DNA of 61,617 bases, the filler included. It is 7 parts of 7 records of this genome, joined end to end, with 100 filler letters (N's around TTAATTAATTAA, not from the genome) between each part and the next. Parts side by side here need not be neighbours in the genome. Positions count along the whole stretch, not along the records: positions 1 to 6,538 come from SRR31156797_29319; positions 6,639 to 21,060 come from SRR31156797_29329; 5 more parts are not named here. One strand, 5' to 3'. The notes beneath the pieces are model-generated. The model was not told where the DNA came from. It saw only the letters and a program-made list of their open reading frames with translations, and did no database searches. Positions 1 to 9,484 of this stretch are shown here, piece after piece (the first letter of the stretch is position 1; each line of letters begins with the position of its first letter). The translations under genes and the position numbers were made by a program.

Positions 1-435
1 CTTCTTGGAGAGGTTGTAAGGATTGTTTCTCCTATTGCATTCAAGAAAGATATAGATCTGACATATGATGTCGACCCGCAATTAAAATTTATTAAAGCTG
101 ACAGAAAAAAGATCAAACAGATCCTTTTAAACCTCCTGAGCAACGCCATCAAATTTACAGATCATGCAGGTAAGGTGCATATAGAAGCAAGCAAATCCGG
201 AGAGAATATCAGGTTCATGGTAAAAGATTCAGGAATTGGTATTTCCAGGGAAGTCCAAAGCATTATGTTCGATGATTTTACGCAGATAGATTCATCTCAT
301 AGTCGTAAATATGAGGGAACCGGTCTGGGCCTTGCCCTTGTAAAGAAATTTGTGAAAATGCATGGTGGAACGGTCTGGGTTGAGAGTGAACTTTACAAAG
401 GTTCCTCATTCTACTTTGAAACCCCTGTAAATTAA
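1..435 (+). CDS. Sensor histidine kinase, C-terminal HATPase domain (5'-truncated)
   Basis: Frame open from base 1. N-box QILLNLLSNAIKFT, G1 DSGIGI, F-box IMFDDFTQ, G2 GTGLGLAL. Confidence 0.93.
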   Translation, partial: LLGEVVRIVSPIAFKKDIDLTYDVDPQLKFIKADRKKIKQILLNLLSNAIKFTDHAGKVHIEASKSGENIRFMVKDSGIGISREVQSIMFDDFTQIDSSHSRKYEGTGLGLALVKKFVKMHGGTVWVESELYKGSSFYFETPVN

Positions 436-448
436 AAATAAAAAAAGC

Positions 449-994
449 CTAATGGCATTTAGGCTGCTTTTCTTCTGGATTATCGAGTACAATCTCAAGA
501 TATGATGTCCTGATAGACTCATCTTCGCTGATTCCGAGTTTTTCCAGGAAAGAAAAGATAGTCTTTCGGTGGGTTTCGATATCTGATTCAGCAGTGATTT
601 CCACTTCAATGAATTCCCCGAAAGTTCCTACTTTATCAAGGCAAATCGTCATATCCTCATACTTGTAGATCTCCCTTTTCTTCCGGACAACACCGGATTC
701 AAAAAAACCCATGGCAAGAAGAATACTTCTTGCATTGGAACCGTCAACTTCGGTTTCGAATTCCTCGCGTGTCTTGGACACAGAATCAAGCTTCTTTCCC
801 TTATAGGTCATGACAGACCTGCCATCAACAGATCGTATCCTCAGGGCTTCGTCTGTGCATGCAAAATCCCTGTGAGGGGCATTAAAATAGGTGTCACAAT
901 GCTTTTGGACACCTACCTGGTCTGCACCCATGTCCAGGAGCAGTTCTTTTACCTGCTCATGGTTAGCACGGGCTTTAACTTCAATTTCTAACAT
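449..994 (-). CDS. cyaB: CYTH-family protein (class IV adenylate cyclase / triphosphate tunnel metalloenzyme)
   Basis: N-terminal EIEVK (ExExK) motif, DTYF, ALRIR, REEFE, KKREIY, FIEVE, SYLE. Confidence 0.9.
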   Translation of the reverse strand: MLEIEVKARANHEQVKELLLDMGADQVGVQKHCDTYFNAPHRDFACTDEALRIRSVDGRSVMTYKGKKLDSVSKTREEFETEVDGSNARSILLAMGFFESGVVRKKREIYKYEDMTICLDKVGTFGEFIEVEITAESDIETHRKTIFSFLEKLGISEDESIRTSYLEIVLDNPEEKQPKCH

Positions 995-1383
995 TGCTCT
1001 GGAACAAATTTAGTACCGTAGTAGATCATACCGCGCTCTCCGCCTTCTCCGAGCTTCCTGAACACAGGTTTAACCTTCATACCAATTTCTATGTTTTTAG
1101 GATCACATATAATCTGGCTTGTGAGGCTTGGTCCTTCCACCAGTTTAATGATTGCAAGAACATAGGGGGTCTGGCCTTCAAAACCTTCAGCAGCAGTGTG
1201 TATCGTAGTAAATGTCACGACCTCACCTTTTCCACTGAATTTGTAATCCTCAATCTCTCCCTCACGCCTGCATTCAGGACACATATTACGTGGTGGATAG
1301 AAATATTCTCCGCATTTCTTACAGTGTGTACCTACAAGGTTGTATCTTGCTATCTGTTTTCTCCAAAATCGTGGTACTGACAT
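988..1383 (-). CDS. DUF35 Zn-ribbon/OB-fold scaffold of the archaeal thiolase/HMG-CoA synthase complex
   Basis: CKKCG...CPEC Zn ribbon followed by OB fold; directly downstream of thiolase; start placed at MSVPRFWR. Confidence 0.9.
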   Translation of the reverse strand: MSVPRFWRKQIARYNLVGTHCKKCGEYFYPPRNMCPECRREGEIEDYKFSGKGEVVTFTTIHTAAEGFEGQTPYVLAIIKLVEGPSLTSQIICDPKNIEIGMKVKPVFRKLGEGGERGMIYYGTKFVPEQC

Positions 1384-1388
1384 GATGA

Positions 1389-2570
1389 TCACCTGTTCCT
1401 CGAGAAAATGTGTACAACAGCAGTCGCACCGGAACCGCCCACATTGTGGGTCATTCCAACCTCTGCTCCGTCTACCTGTCTGCCACCTGCCTCTCCGCGA
1501 AGCTGCTCGACGATCTCAACGGCCTGTTTCACTCCGGTAGCACCTACGGGGTGTCCGCAGGACTTGAGTCCTCCTGAAGTGTTCACAGGTATCCTGGCGC
1601 CAATTGCTGTCTCACCGTTCTGTGTGACAGCTCCGCCCTCGCCTTTCTTTGCAAAGCCAAGATCCTCAATAGCGCATATCTCGGCAATGGTGAAACAGTC
1701 ATGGACCTCTACAAGGTCGATGTTTTCCGGTCCCATCTTTGCCATTTCGTAAGCCCTCTTTCCTGCTGCCACACTTGCATCAAGGGTTGTAATGTCCCTG
1801 CGGTCGTGCAGTGCAATGGTATCTGAGGCCTGTGCCGTTGCCTTCACATAGATAGGTGTGTCAGTATATTCATGGGCAACATCTGCAGGCGCAAGCACCA
1901 CAGCAGATGCACCGTCTGTGATAGGTGAACAGTCAAATATGTGAAGTGGGTCTGCAACCATAATTGATCTCAATACTGAATCAACAGTAATCGGAGTCTT
2001 GTACTGGGCTATAGGATTATGCTGTCCGTTGCGGTGGTTCTTCACAGCAACCTCTGCAAGCTGTTCGCTTGTGGTTCCGTACTTATGCATGTGAAGCCTT
2101 GCTATCATTGAATAGAGTCCCGGGAACGTTGCACCCATGATCCCTTCCCATTCCCTGTCAGCTGCTGCTGCAAGGGCAGATGATGCTTTAGGAGAAGGTA
2201 CATCTGTCATCTTCTCTGCACCTGCTGCAATTACGATATCGTCCATTCCGGATGCTACGGCGTATATTCCCTGTCTGAGTGCAAGTCCACCTGAAGCACA
2301 GGCAGCCTCAACACGTGTTGAAGGTACGTGTATATCCTTTGCAAGTCCTGAATAATCAGCAATTAGGGCACCGATGTGCTCCTGTTCAACGAACTGCCCC
2401 CCACTCATGTTACCGACAAACATCGAATCTATCTTCTCTCCGACAACACCGGCATCACTGACAGCACCCACGCCGGCTTCAACTACCACATCTCTGAAAG
2501 AGCGGTCCCACAATTCACCAAATTCTGTGTTCTTAACACCTATGATCGCTACATCTCTCATTTTTGCCAC
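1389..2570 (-). CDS. Acetoacetyl-CoA thiolase (archaeal type)
   Basis: EAACASGG catalytic Cys, [21 protein letters not shown] motifs. Confidence 0.95.
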   Translation of the reverse strand: MAKMRDVAIIGVKNTEFGELWDRSFRDVVVEAGVGAVSDAGVVGEKIDSMFVGNMSGGQFVEQEHIGALIADYSGLAKDIHVPSTRVEAACASGGLALRQGIYAVASGMDDIVIAAGAEKMTDVPSPKASSALAAAADREWEGIMGATFPGLYSMIARLHMHKYGTTSEQLAEVAVKNHRNGQHNPIAQYKTPITVDSVLRSIMVADPLHIFDCSPITDGASAVVLAPADVAHEYTDTPIYVKATAQASDTIALHDRRDITTLDASVAAGKRAYEMAKMGPENIDLVEVHDCFTIAEICAIEDLGFAKKGEGGAVTQNGETAIGARIPVNTSGGLKSCGHPVGATGVKQAVEIVEQLRGEAGGRQVDGAEVGMTHNVGGSGATAVVHIFSRNR

Positions 2571-2571
2571 C

Positions 2572-3621
2572 TCATGCTACCTTTATCTTTCCTTTATGCT
2601 TGGCATACTGGGCGTAATCCATATAGATCGGATCTGCAAGGAGCTCTTCAACAGTTGCTGCATTGTTGCGTATTTCTTCTATCCTGTCAGTCACAGTAAT
2701 ACTGAATGCATCTCCACCGGCACCGGAACCGAATGCTGTTGCAAATATGCGGTCTCCGGGCTTTGCCTGGTCAAGTGTTGCTGCAATTCCCATCATACAT
2801 GAACCTGAGTATGTGTTACCGAGCCTTGGGACCACAAGTCCTGGTTTGATTTGTTCCTTGCTGAATCCCAGCATCTTGGCCACACGGCTTGGGAACTTCC
2901 CATTTGGCTGGTGGAACACTGCATAATCGTAATCTTCTGGCTTTGTTTCAATTTTATCCATGAGTCCTTTTGCAGCATTAGTGACATGTTTGAAGTAACC
3001 TGGTTCTCCGGTGAACCTTCCTCCGTGTTCCGGATATGGCATTCCCTCACGTCTCCAGAAGTCAGGAGTGTCGGTGGTGAATGAATATGTGTCTTCGATG
3101 ATTGCTGCAAGTTCTGATTCCTTGTTACCTATCACATAGGCAACCCCGCCGGCTGCTGCAGTGTATTCAAGGGCATCTCCCGGAGCTCCCTGGGCAACAT
3201 CTGCACCAATTGCCAGTCCAAGGTCTATCATTCCTGATGACACAAGACCCATACAAGCCTGCACTGCAGCAGTACCTGCCTTACATGCGAATTCAAAATC
3301 AGCTGCAGTGAGTACTGGAGTTGCTCCGGTTGCCTCTGCCACTATGGTACTGGTAGGCTTTACAGCATAAGGATGGCTTTCTGAACCTGTATATACGGCA
3401 CCTATTCGCTGCGCATCTAAATCTGATCTGGTAACTGCGGCTCTTGCAGCTTCCACTGCAATCGTAGCTGCATCTTCATCAACATCAGGGACTGCCTTTT
3501 CGTTAACCATCAGTCCTGCTCTGAGTATGTCTGCATCGTCACCCCATACTCGGGCGATGTCTTCTATTTTTATTCTATATTTTGGTACATATGCACCATA
3601 TGAGACTATCCCTACACTCAT
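2572..3621 (-). CDS. Hydroxymethylglutaryl-CoA synthase (archaeal)
   Basis: [19 protein letters not shown] catalytic Cys, FHQPN, GNTYSG. Start placed at MSVGIVSYG (ATG 3621), not the ORF-track 3669. Confidence 0.95.
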   Translation of the reverse strand: MSVGIVSYGAYVPKYRIKIEDIARVWGDDADILRAGLMVNEKAVPDVDEDAATIAVEAARAAVTRSDLDAQRIGAVYTGSESHPYAVKPTSTIVAEATGATPVLTAADFEFACKAGTAAVQACMGLVSSGMIDLGLAIGADVAQGAPGDALEYTAAAGGVAYVIGNKESELAAIIEDTYSFTTDTPDFWRREGMPYPEHGGRFTGEPGYFKHVTNAAKGLMDKIETKPEDYDYAVFHQPNGKFPSRVAKMLGFSKEQIKPGLVVPRLGNTYSGSCMMGIAATLDQAKPGDRIFATAFGSGAGGDAFSITVTDRIEEIRNNAATVEELLADPIYMDYAQYAKHKGKIKVA

Positions 3622-3655
3622 TTTAGCACCGTTTAAATGTGTATTTAATGCAATA

Positions 3656-4396
3656 TTACTCGATAACATGGTGTTCGCTGTACGTCTTCAGCGCTTCTAC
3701 CATCTCGTCAATGTCCATTGTCGTTGCAAGAAGGGGTATTCTGTCAATCTCAGCCATTTTTCTTGCCATTAAATGAACTTCACTTCCACGCAGTCCATGC
3801 ATCACAACGGCTCCGGGTTTTAGATTTGTAACCCTTATGGCAACCATTGGTGATTTGCCGGTTGTGACCTTGGTAAATATCATTGCACGTTCTGTACTCC
3901 ATCCATAGAGTTTCTGGAACTCATGGGATGAAAGTTCAAGAATTGCTTTTTTGCTGTCAACAACAGTAAAACCGTAAAGTGGTTTTTCAACACCCTTGTT
4001 GATTATATCAGCCTGAATGATATTGGCAAGTTTGGCAACCTGCATGGGAAATGTGTATTCGTAAGTGGCATATATGGCCTTTGATTTCTTATCTGCGAAA
4101 AGTATCCCCTCGTAAGCATGAATTTTCTGTCCTCCCCTCTGTGCATCAATTTCGAGGAGTGCATCAACGATCCTGCTGACAATGAGCGTGCCCGGAGATT
4201 TCCTCCTTCCACTTTCATAGTCGCTGATGACCGAAGGAGAGACGCTCAGGTAACCTGAAAGGTCTGTCTGTGCGATCTCGAAGTTCAATCGCCATTTCTT
4301 CAGGGCCTCGCCAGGTTTTTCTGATAGTGTAATCTCGCCTGCCATCTTTTCTGCTAGACGCTGGCGAACCATTCCATGCGATTCGTCTTCACTCAT
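3656..4396 (-). CDS. XRE-family HTH transcriptional regulator with C-terminal DRTGG-like domain (COG1709-like)
   Basis: [31 protein letters not shown]-terminal [16 protein letters not shown]; first gene of the HMGS operon. Confidence 0.82.
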   Translation of the reverse strand: MSEDESHGMVRQRLAEKMAGEITLSEKPGEALKKWRLNFEIAQTDLSGYLSVSPSVISDYESGRRKSPGTLIVSRIVDALLEIDAQRGGQKIHAYEGILFADKKSKAIYATYEYTFPMQVAKLANIIQADIINKGVEKPLYGFTVVDSKKAILELSSHEFQKLYGWSTERAMIFTKVTTGKSPMVAIRVTNLKPGAVVMHGLRGSEVHLMARKMAEIDRIPLLATTMDIDEMVEALKTYSEHHVIE

Positions 4397-4519
4397 GCTT
4401 TATATTCCTAAGGATAGATTAACATATATATTTAACGAATACGGATTCGTTTATTGTCGATACAACTCGATTCAAATGTTCTGTTTATTTATAGTATGGT
4501 ATATATCTACTATTAAAAT

Positions 4520-5338
4520 ATGTTTCGTAATAAGTCAAAAATACAACTTTCGGTTTCCGAATTATCAACTTATTTTTCCTGTGCCAGAAGACTATATTAC
4601 TCATGCAGAGGGGACGATCCGTTTTCTTCCTATTCTCTTTCTTATATAGAACACATTATATTAAAAGAGATGGCAATGTCATATCCTCGGATGTTGAAGC
4701 CAACTTCGGCAAAAGACGATATCAGTGTCAAAGATATGGAATTATTGCTTTCTAATGCGCTGGAAACAATTAGTTTGATATATCCTGATGAAATGAAGGA
4801 TGTTGCGGCAGAAGATCTCAATGAGATCTCTATGAATCTCAGGGCACATTTTTCTGAAATACAAGAAAATCTGAATGGACAGTCGCAAAACACTGATGTT
4901 CTGCTCCTTGCTGAAAAACTCTCAATAATTGATGACGATCCTGTTCTTCACTCTGAAAAACTAAACATAACAGGCATTCCATACAGGATAGTTGAAAATG
5001 CAGGTTCCTTTGAACCCGTAATTATCAAGACAACCCGTGCCCCTGAAAATGGGGTGTGGATGAATGACAGATTGAAGATAACATCTTATGCAATGCTTTC
5101 TGAGGAAATGTACGGTAATCCTGTAAAATCAGGCCATATCCTGTACGCAAGATCAGGGCTTTTCAGGAATATTACTATCCGTTCAATTGACCGCAGACAG
5201 GTTTTACTGGCCACAGGACGGGCAAGAAAAATAAAGGATGGTACAATGCCTGACAAAAATGAAGGTCCACTGTGCAAGACCTGCAGTTACTCTGAAAAGT
5301 GCAATGTTCAAGCATCTCTGGCATCTAAATTCCTTTGA
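4520..5338 (+). CDS. Solo Cas4-like / PD-(D/E)XK-fold protein with 4-Cys Fe-S staple; catalytic motif looks degenerate
   Basis: N-terminal SELSTYFSCARRLYY and C-terminal CKTCSYSEKC; GVW..DR..ITSYAML motif; no other cas genes or array in the contig. Confidence 0.78.
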   Translation: MFRNKSKIQLSVSELSTYFSCARRLYYSCRGDDPFSSYSLSYIEHIILKEMAMSYPRMLKPTSAKDDISVKDMELLLSNALETISLIYPDEMKDVAAEDLNEISMNLRAHFSEIQENLNGQSQNTDVLLLAEKLSIIDDDPVLHSEKLNITGIPYRIVENAGSFEPVIIKTTRAPENGVWMNDRLKITSYAMLSEEMYGNPVKSGHILYARSGLFRNITIRSIDRRQVLLATGRARKIKDGTMPDKNEGPLCKTCSYSEKCNVQASLASKFL

Positions 5339-5388
5339 TTATTTTATTTGCCAAAAAGCATTTAATGCTTAAAATCCAGGTTGACAGA

Positions 5389-6538
5389 ATGTCCAAACCT
5401 CTTTATCTTGGTGAACTGCTCCTTTACTGGTGCCCTTCATGTAATGTTCCTGTTCTTGGGAAAGAATGTTCCTGTGGTACTGCCACCAATCAGGTTACAA
5501 TAACTCCTCCGGGAGATATCCGTCCGGCTTTTGCATATGAGATAGACCTTATCAACAATTTGTCAATTGAACAGTTCAATGCACCACTGATTACAGACGA
5601 TCGTGTGGTGGTCCTGAACAAATCCCCGTATGATGATCGTATGGATGAGATTATTATTGACGGTGAAGTCGTAGGTATCATTCGCTTTGAGCTTGAGAAG
5701 CTCAAATGGGTCCTTCTTCTGAGACTTAACGGTGCACGCCGCATATTCGACAATGCAGATTACAGGGACCTTAAGAGCTGGGTCTCCATAGACGCAGGTG
5801 CCGAGAAGTTCATACTTGGCGGTGCAAGCGTACTTGCCCCTGGCATAAAGGATGCAGACCCTTCTATCAATGCACTGGATGAGGTAGTGGTCCTGACCCA
5901 TGATGGCAGGGTACTTGGTACCGGACGCTCCCGTATGACCGGGGAAAAGATGCGTGAGAAGGGCAAGGGTGTCGGTGTCAAGGTACGCTTCAAGGAAGAA
6001 CCCCGTGAGATCACAGTACCCGAAGGTGGTCAGACATGGGATGATGTAGTAAAGGCCAACGAGAACTACATGAACGACTTTGTCGAGCGTTCCCACAAGT
6101 TCATCAAAAATGTCTCCTCATCGGTGGACAGGCCTGCTACAGTGTCCTATTCAGGAGGAAAGGACAGTCTTGCAGTGCTTCACCTTGTAAGCCAATGCCT
6201 TGATGACTATGAACTTCTTTTTGCGGATACTGGCATCGAGTTCCCGGAGACGGTCCAGAATGTCCATGATGTGGTCAAACTCTATGGAAAACCCCTCAAT
6301 ATGATAAGCTCAGGAGATGCCTTCTGGGAGTCCGTGGATAACTTCGGTCCTCCGAGTGTCGAGGTACGCTGGTGCTGCAAGGTCTGTAAGCTCGGTCCTA
6401 TCACGCAGATAATCGATGATAATTATGAGAACGGATGTCTCACTTTCATAGGCCAGAGAAAGTATGAGTCCAGTACAAGGGCAAAGAGCGAACGTGTCTG
6501 GAAGAATCCCTGGGTAGGGAATCAGGTAGCTGCCGCCC
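5389..6538 (+). CDS. PAPS-reductase-family protein with N-terminal Zn ribbon and PUA domain (3'-truncated)
   Basis: WCPSCNVP...CSCG, PUA-like GASVLAPGI, PP-loop SYSGGKDS, DTGIEFPET, RWCCKVCK; runs into the spacer. Confidence 0.87.
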
Positions 6539-6638
6539 NNNNNNNNNNNNNNNNNNNNNNNNNNNNNNNNNNNNNNNNNNNNTTAATTAATTAANNNNNN
6601 NNNNNNNNNNNNNNNNNNNNNNNNNNNNNNNNNNNNNN
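6539..6638. other. Artificial contig spacer
   Basis: N44-TTAATTAATTAA-N44, which has stops in all six frames. Confidence 0.98.
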
Positions 6639-6654
6639 TTGAAAGGATAATATC

Positions 6655-7674
6655 ATGGCAAAAGACGACAAATTGAAAGCCTTAGAAGTAGCCATTGCAC
6701 AGATAGACAGACAATTTGGCAAAGGTTCGGTAATGTATATGGGTGATGACTCACAACCTCTACCAATTGAAGCAATTTCAACCGGTTCTCTTTCGCTGGA
6801 TGCCGCACTGGGTATTGGCGGTATTCCCCGGGGACGAATTACCGAAATTTACGGTCCTGAATCTTCAGGTAAGACCACTCTGGCTTTGCATTGTATTGCC
6901 GAAGCTCAAAAAGCCGGTGGAAATGCAGCATTTATCGATGCGGAACATGCATTAGACCTCGGTTATGCCAAGAATTTGGGTATTGACACCAACCGCTTGC
7001 TGGTATCACAACCTGATTTCGGTGAACAGGCTCTTGAGATCACCGAAACATTGGTACGTTCAAATGCCTTGGATATTATCGTAATCGATTCGGTTGCCGC
7101 TTTGGTGCCTAAAGCTGAGATCGAAGGCGATATGGGAGATTCTCATATGGGACTTCAGGCTCGTTTGATGAGTCAGGCCTTGAGAAAATTGACAGGTCTT
7201 GTCAGTAAATCTCATGTTTCAGTTGTCTTTATCAACCAGATCCGCGAAAAGATCGGTGTAATGTTCGGCAATCCGGAAACGACCACCGGTGGCCGTGCAT
7301 TAAAATTCTATACCTCGGTCAGAATGGAAGTCCGTCGTGCAACCGCTATTAAAGACGGTACCGATTTCACGGGAAACAGAACGACCGTCAAAGTCGTCAA
7401 GAACAAAGTAGCTCCTCCTTTCAAGAAAACCGAATTCGATATTATGTATGGAAAAGGCATTTCCTTTATCGGTGACGTTCTGGATCTGGCAGTAGTCTAC
7501 AATATCGTGGAAAAATCAGGTTCCTGGTATTCTTACAACAAGGAAAAGATCGGTCAGGGAAGAGAGAACAGCAAAACCTTCCTTGAAGAGAATGATAAAG
7601 TTCTCGATGAGATTGTAATTGAAGTTAAGAACGCCCTGGGTATCGGAGAGCAAAAGGTCGAAGAAAGCGCATAA
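6655..7674 (+). CDS. recA: Recombinase RecA
   Basis: GPESSGKTT Walker [39 protein letters not shown]. Confidence 0.99.
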   Translation: MAKDDKLKALEVAIAQIDRQFGKGSVMYMGDDSQPLPIEAISTGSLSLDAALGIGGIPRGRITEIYGPESSGKTTLALHCIAEAQKAGGNAAFIDAEHALDLGYAKNLGIDTNRLLVSQPDFGEQALEITETLVRSNALDIIVIDSVAALVPKAEIEGDMGDSHMGLQARLMSQALRKLTGLVSKSHVSVVFINQIREKIGVMFGNPETTTGGRALKFYTSVRMEVRRATAIKDGTDFTGNRTTVKVVKNKVAPPFKKTEFDIMYGKGISFIGDVLDLAVVYNIVEKSGSWYSYNKEKIGQGRENSKTFLEENDKVLDEIVIEVKNALGIGEQKVEESA

Positions 7675-7677
7675 CAT

Positions 7678-8298
7678 ATGCCGGCTGTTTTACGACTGAC
7701 ACAGCAAAAGAACCACTCAAATCGTTATAATCTATTTCTTGATAATGATGAGCGCATCTCTATCACGGATGATCTTATCTTTAAATTTGATATTTCATCG
7801 GGAAAAGAACTGTCCGAAGATGACATGAAAGAGCTTAAAAGTGCCGCCGACCTCGCATTTACGCGGGAAAAGGCCCTGGAGCTACTCTCATTGCGCGAAC
7901 ATGGGTCAGGGGAACTCCGCACCAAGCTTTTACAGAAAGGCTATCAGAAAGCCGCTATCGCGGAAGTAATAGACTATCTCAAAGAAAAGAATTATCTCAA
8001 CGATGAACGTTTTGCCGAATTATTTTCACAGGAATTGATCCTGAGAAAGCAATTGGGTCCAATGCAAGTTAAAGAGAAGCTATTTCAGCGCGGAATTCAA
8101 AGCGATATCATTCAAACGTTCTTGCTGAATTACGATCATGAAACTCAAGTTGAGAATTGCCGCTATCATTTCGAGAAGAAATTCAAATCGCATACGACAT
8201 TCGAAACCCGGGAACAAAAGGCCAAGGTAATACGATTCTTACAGGGTAAAGGCTTTAATTGGGACGTTATAAATTCCGTGATCGGTGAACGGGAATAA
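7678..8298 (+). CDS. recX: RecX regulatory protein
   Basis: Immediately after recA; ALELLSLREHG.ELRTKL, YLNDERFA, FLQGKGF. Confidence 0.92.
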   Translation: MPAVLRLTQQKNHSNRYNLFLDNDERISITDDLIFKFDISSGKELSEDDMKELKSAADLAFTREKALELLSLREHGSGELRTKLLQKGYQKAAIAEVIDYLKEKNYLNDERFAELFSQELILRKQLGPMQVKEKLFQRGIQSDIIQTFLLNYDHETQVENCRYHFEKKFKSHTTFETREQKAKVIRFLQGKGFNWDVINSVIGERE

Positions 8299-8307
8299 AC
8301 AAGTAAG

Positions 8308-8327
8308 GGGACAGATAGATCTGTCCC
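8308..8327. repeat. Short inverted repeat (REP-like or terminator)
   Basis: GGGACAGAT-AG-ATCTGTCCC between recX and the EEP gene. Confidence 0.55.
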
Positions 8328-8349
8328 TAAATCGTATTAAAAGGAAACA

Positions 8350-9195
8350 ATGAAAACCAAACTTCTAATTCTATTCCTAATATCAATCATATTTATTAGC
8401 TGTAATCTCGATAATCCTACTCACGGTGATGATTACGAATTTAGCGTTATGTCTTTCAATATCAGATATGATACAGTCGAAGACGGTGAAAACCAGTGGT
8501 CTAATCGCAAAGAAGCATGTGTAGAGATGCTTGAAGAATTATCCCCCTACGTTTTTGGTATTCAAGAAGGTTTGGAACATCAGGTAAGCTATCTGCAAGA
8601 TACTTTGTCACAGTATGCTCATGTTGGCATTGGCAGGGATAACGGATACTGGGATAAAGGTGAATATTGTGCCGTTTATTATCTTAAAGATCGATTTGAA
8701 TTGATCTCGGACAGCACTTTTTGGCTGAGTGAAACACCGACAGAAGCTTCTTATGGTTGGGATGCCGTTTGCAGACGTATTGTAACCTGGGTCCATTTGT
8801 TGGATACACTTCAGGATCAAAATGTTTACATCTTCAATACGCATTTTGACCATAAAGGCAAAGAAGCCCGTAAAAATTCGGCTACTTTATTGATGGACAA
8901 GATCAATGAGATCACGGAGGAAGACATCCCTGTCTTTATTACAGGAGACTTCAATGCTTTGATCTCAAATACCTTATTCGATACCATACTTGTGGATTTT
9001 GAAAATACCCGAAGAGCTGCACCTTCAACAGACTATCAGGGAACATGTAATTATTGGGGAAAATTCATAGAGATACAAATTGATCATATTTTCCATAAAC
9101 ATGCAGAAGCTTTGACCTTTAAAACAATTAAAGATGATTACGGTGTACCCTATATTTCGGATCATTATCCGATATTTGCGACGTATAAGTATTAA
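8350..9195 (+). CDS. Endonuclease/exonuclease/phosphatase-family lipoprotein
   Basis: Lipobox ISC; MSFNIR, GIQE, FNTHFD, GDFNA, IDHIF, SDHYPI motifs. Confidence 0.9.
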   Translation: MKTKLLILFLISIIFISCNLDNPTHGDDYEFSVMSFNIRYDTVEDGENQWSNRKEACVEMLEELSPYVFGIQEGLEHQVSYLQDTLSQYAHVGIGRDNGYWDKGEYCAVYYLKDRFELISDSTFWLSETPTEASYGWDAVCRRIVTWVHLLDTLQDQNVYIFNTHFDHKGKEARKNSATLLMDKINEITEEDIPVFITGDFNALISNTLFDTILVDFENTRRAAPSTDYQGTCNYWGKFIEIQIDHIFHKHAEALTFKTIKDDYGVPYISDHYPIFATYKY

Positions 9196-9206
9196 TAAAT
9201 TGCAGT

Positions 9207-9241
9207 AAAAAACAAAAACCGACTTTTGTCGGTTTTGTTTT
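9207..9241. terminator. Bidirectional intrinsic terminator between the EEP gene and tRNA-Pro
   Basis: AAAACCGAC-TTTT-GTCGGTTTT hairpin with A-rich and T-rich flanks. Confidence 0.75.
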
Positions 9242-9245
9242 GAGG

Positions 9246-9319
9246 TCGGGATGAAAGGATTTGAACCTTCGGCCTCTTCGTCCCGAACGAAGCGCGCTAC
9301 CGAGCTGCGCCACATCCCG
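9246..9319 (-). tRNA. tRNA-Pro (anticodon CGG), 3' CCA not encoded
   Basis: Reverse complement CGGGATGTGGCGCAGCTCGGTAGCGCGCTTCGTTCGGGACGAAGAGGCCGAAGGTTCAAATCCTTTCATCCCGA forms a cloverleaf with anticodon loop TTCGGGA; followed by CCT. Confidence 0.95.
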
Positions 9320-9401
9320 TGCTTTAAATCAAAAGCGAGGAAATATTAGTAAAAACAAAGCGTATTAACAAGTTGTTTTTGTTTCATTCAAGAAAAATAC
9401 C

Positions 9402-9444
9402 ATAATAAGAAAAGACGGAGCAACGCTCCGTCTTTTCTTATTAT
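9402..9444. terminator. Perfect 20-bp stem hairpin, probable terminator of the HU/HU-LysM operon
   Basis: ATAATAAGAAAAGACGGAGC-AAC-GCTCCGTCTTTTCTTATTAT. Confidence 0.75.
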
Positions 9445-9450
9445 CATTTG

Positions 9451-9476
9451 TATGGAACAGGCATGCCTGTTCCATA
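9451..9476. repeat. Perfect 26-bp palindrome (REP-like)
   Basis: TATGGAACAGGCA|TGCCTGTTCCATA, preceded by G. Confidence 0.7.
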
Positions 9477-9484
9477 TTTTATAT

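Noticed and set aside
988-994. Pyrrolysine read-through of the DUF35 TAG into cyaB
   Set aside because: cyaB is in a different frame and has its own ATG; DUF35 is already full length.
4520-5338. CRISPR-Cas locus suggested by the Cas4-like gene
   Set aside because: No repeat-spacer array and no cas1, cas2 or effector genes seen anywhere in the window.
6539-6638. Recurrent TTAATTAATTAA palindrome (six copies) as a biological repeat
   Set aside because: Always centred in exactly 100 nt of N padding; it is an all-frame-stop contig linker.
9025-9315. ORFs 9025-9315 and 9128-9313
   Set aside because: Translations of the tRNA-Pro sequence and the antisense of the EEP gene.
9246-9484. tRNA-anchored integrative element
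   Set aside because: No integrase and no duplicated tRNA 3' end seen; the flanks are housekeeping genes.
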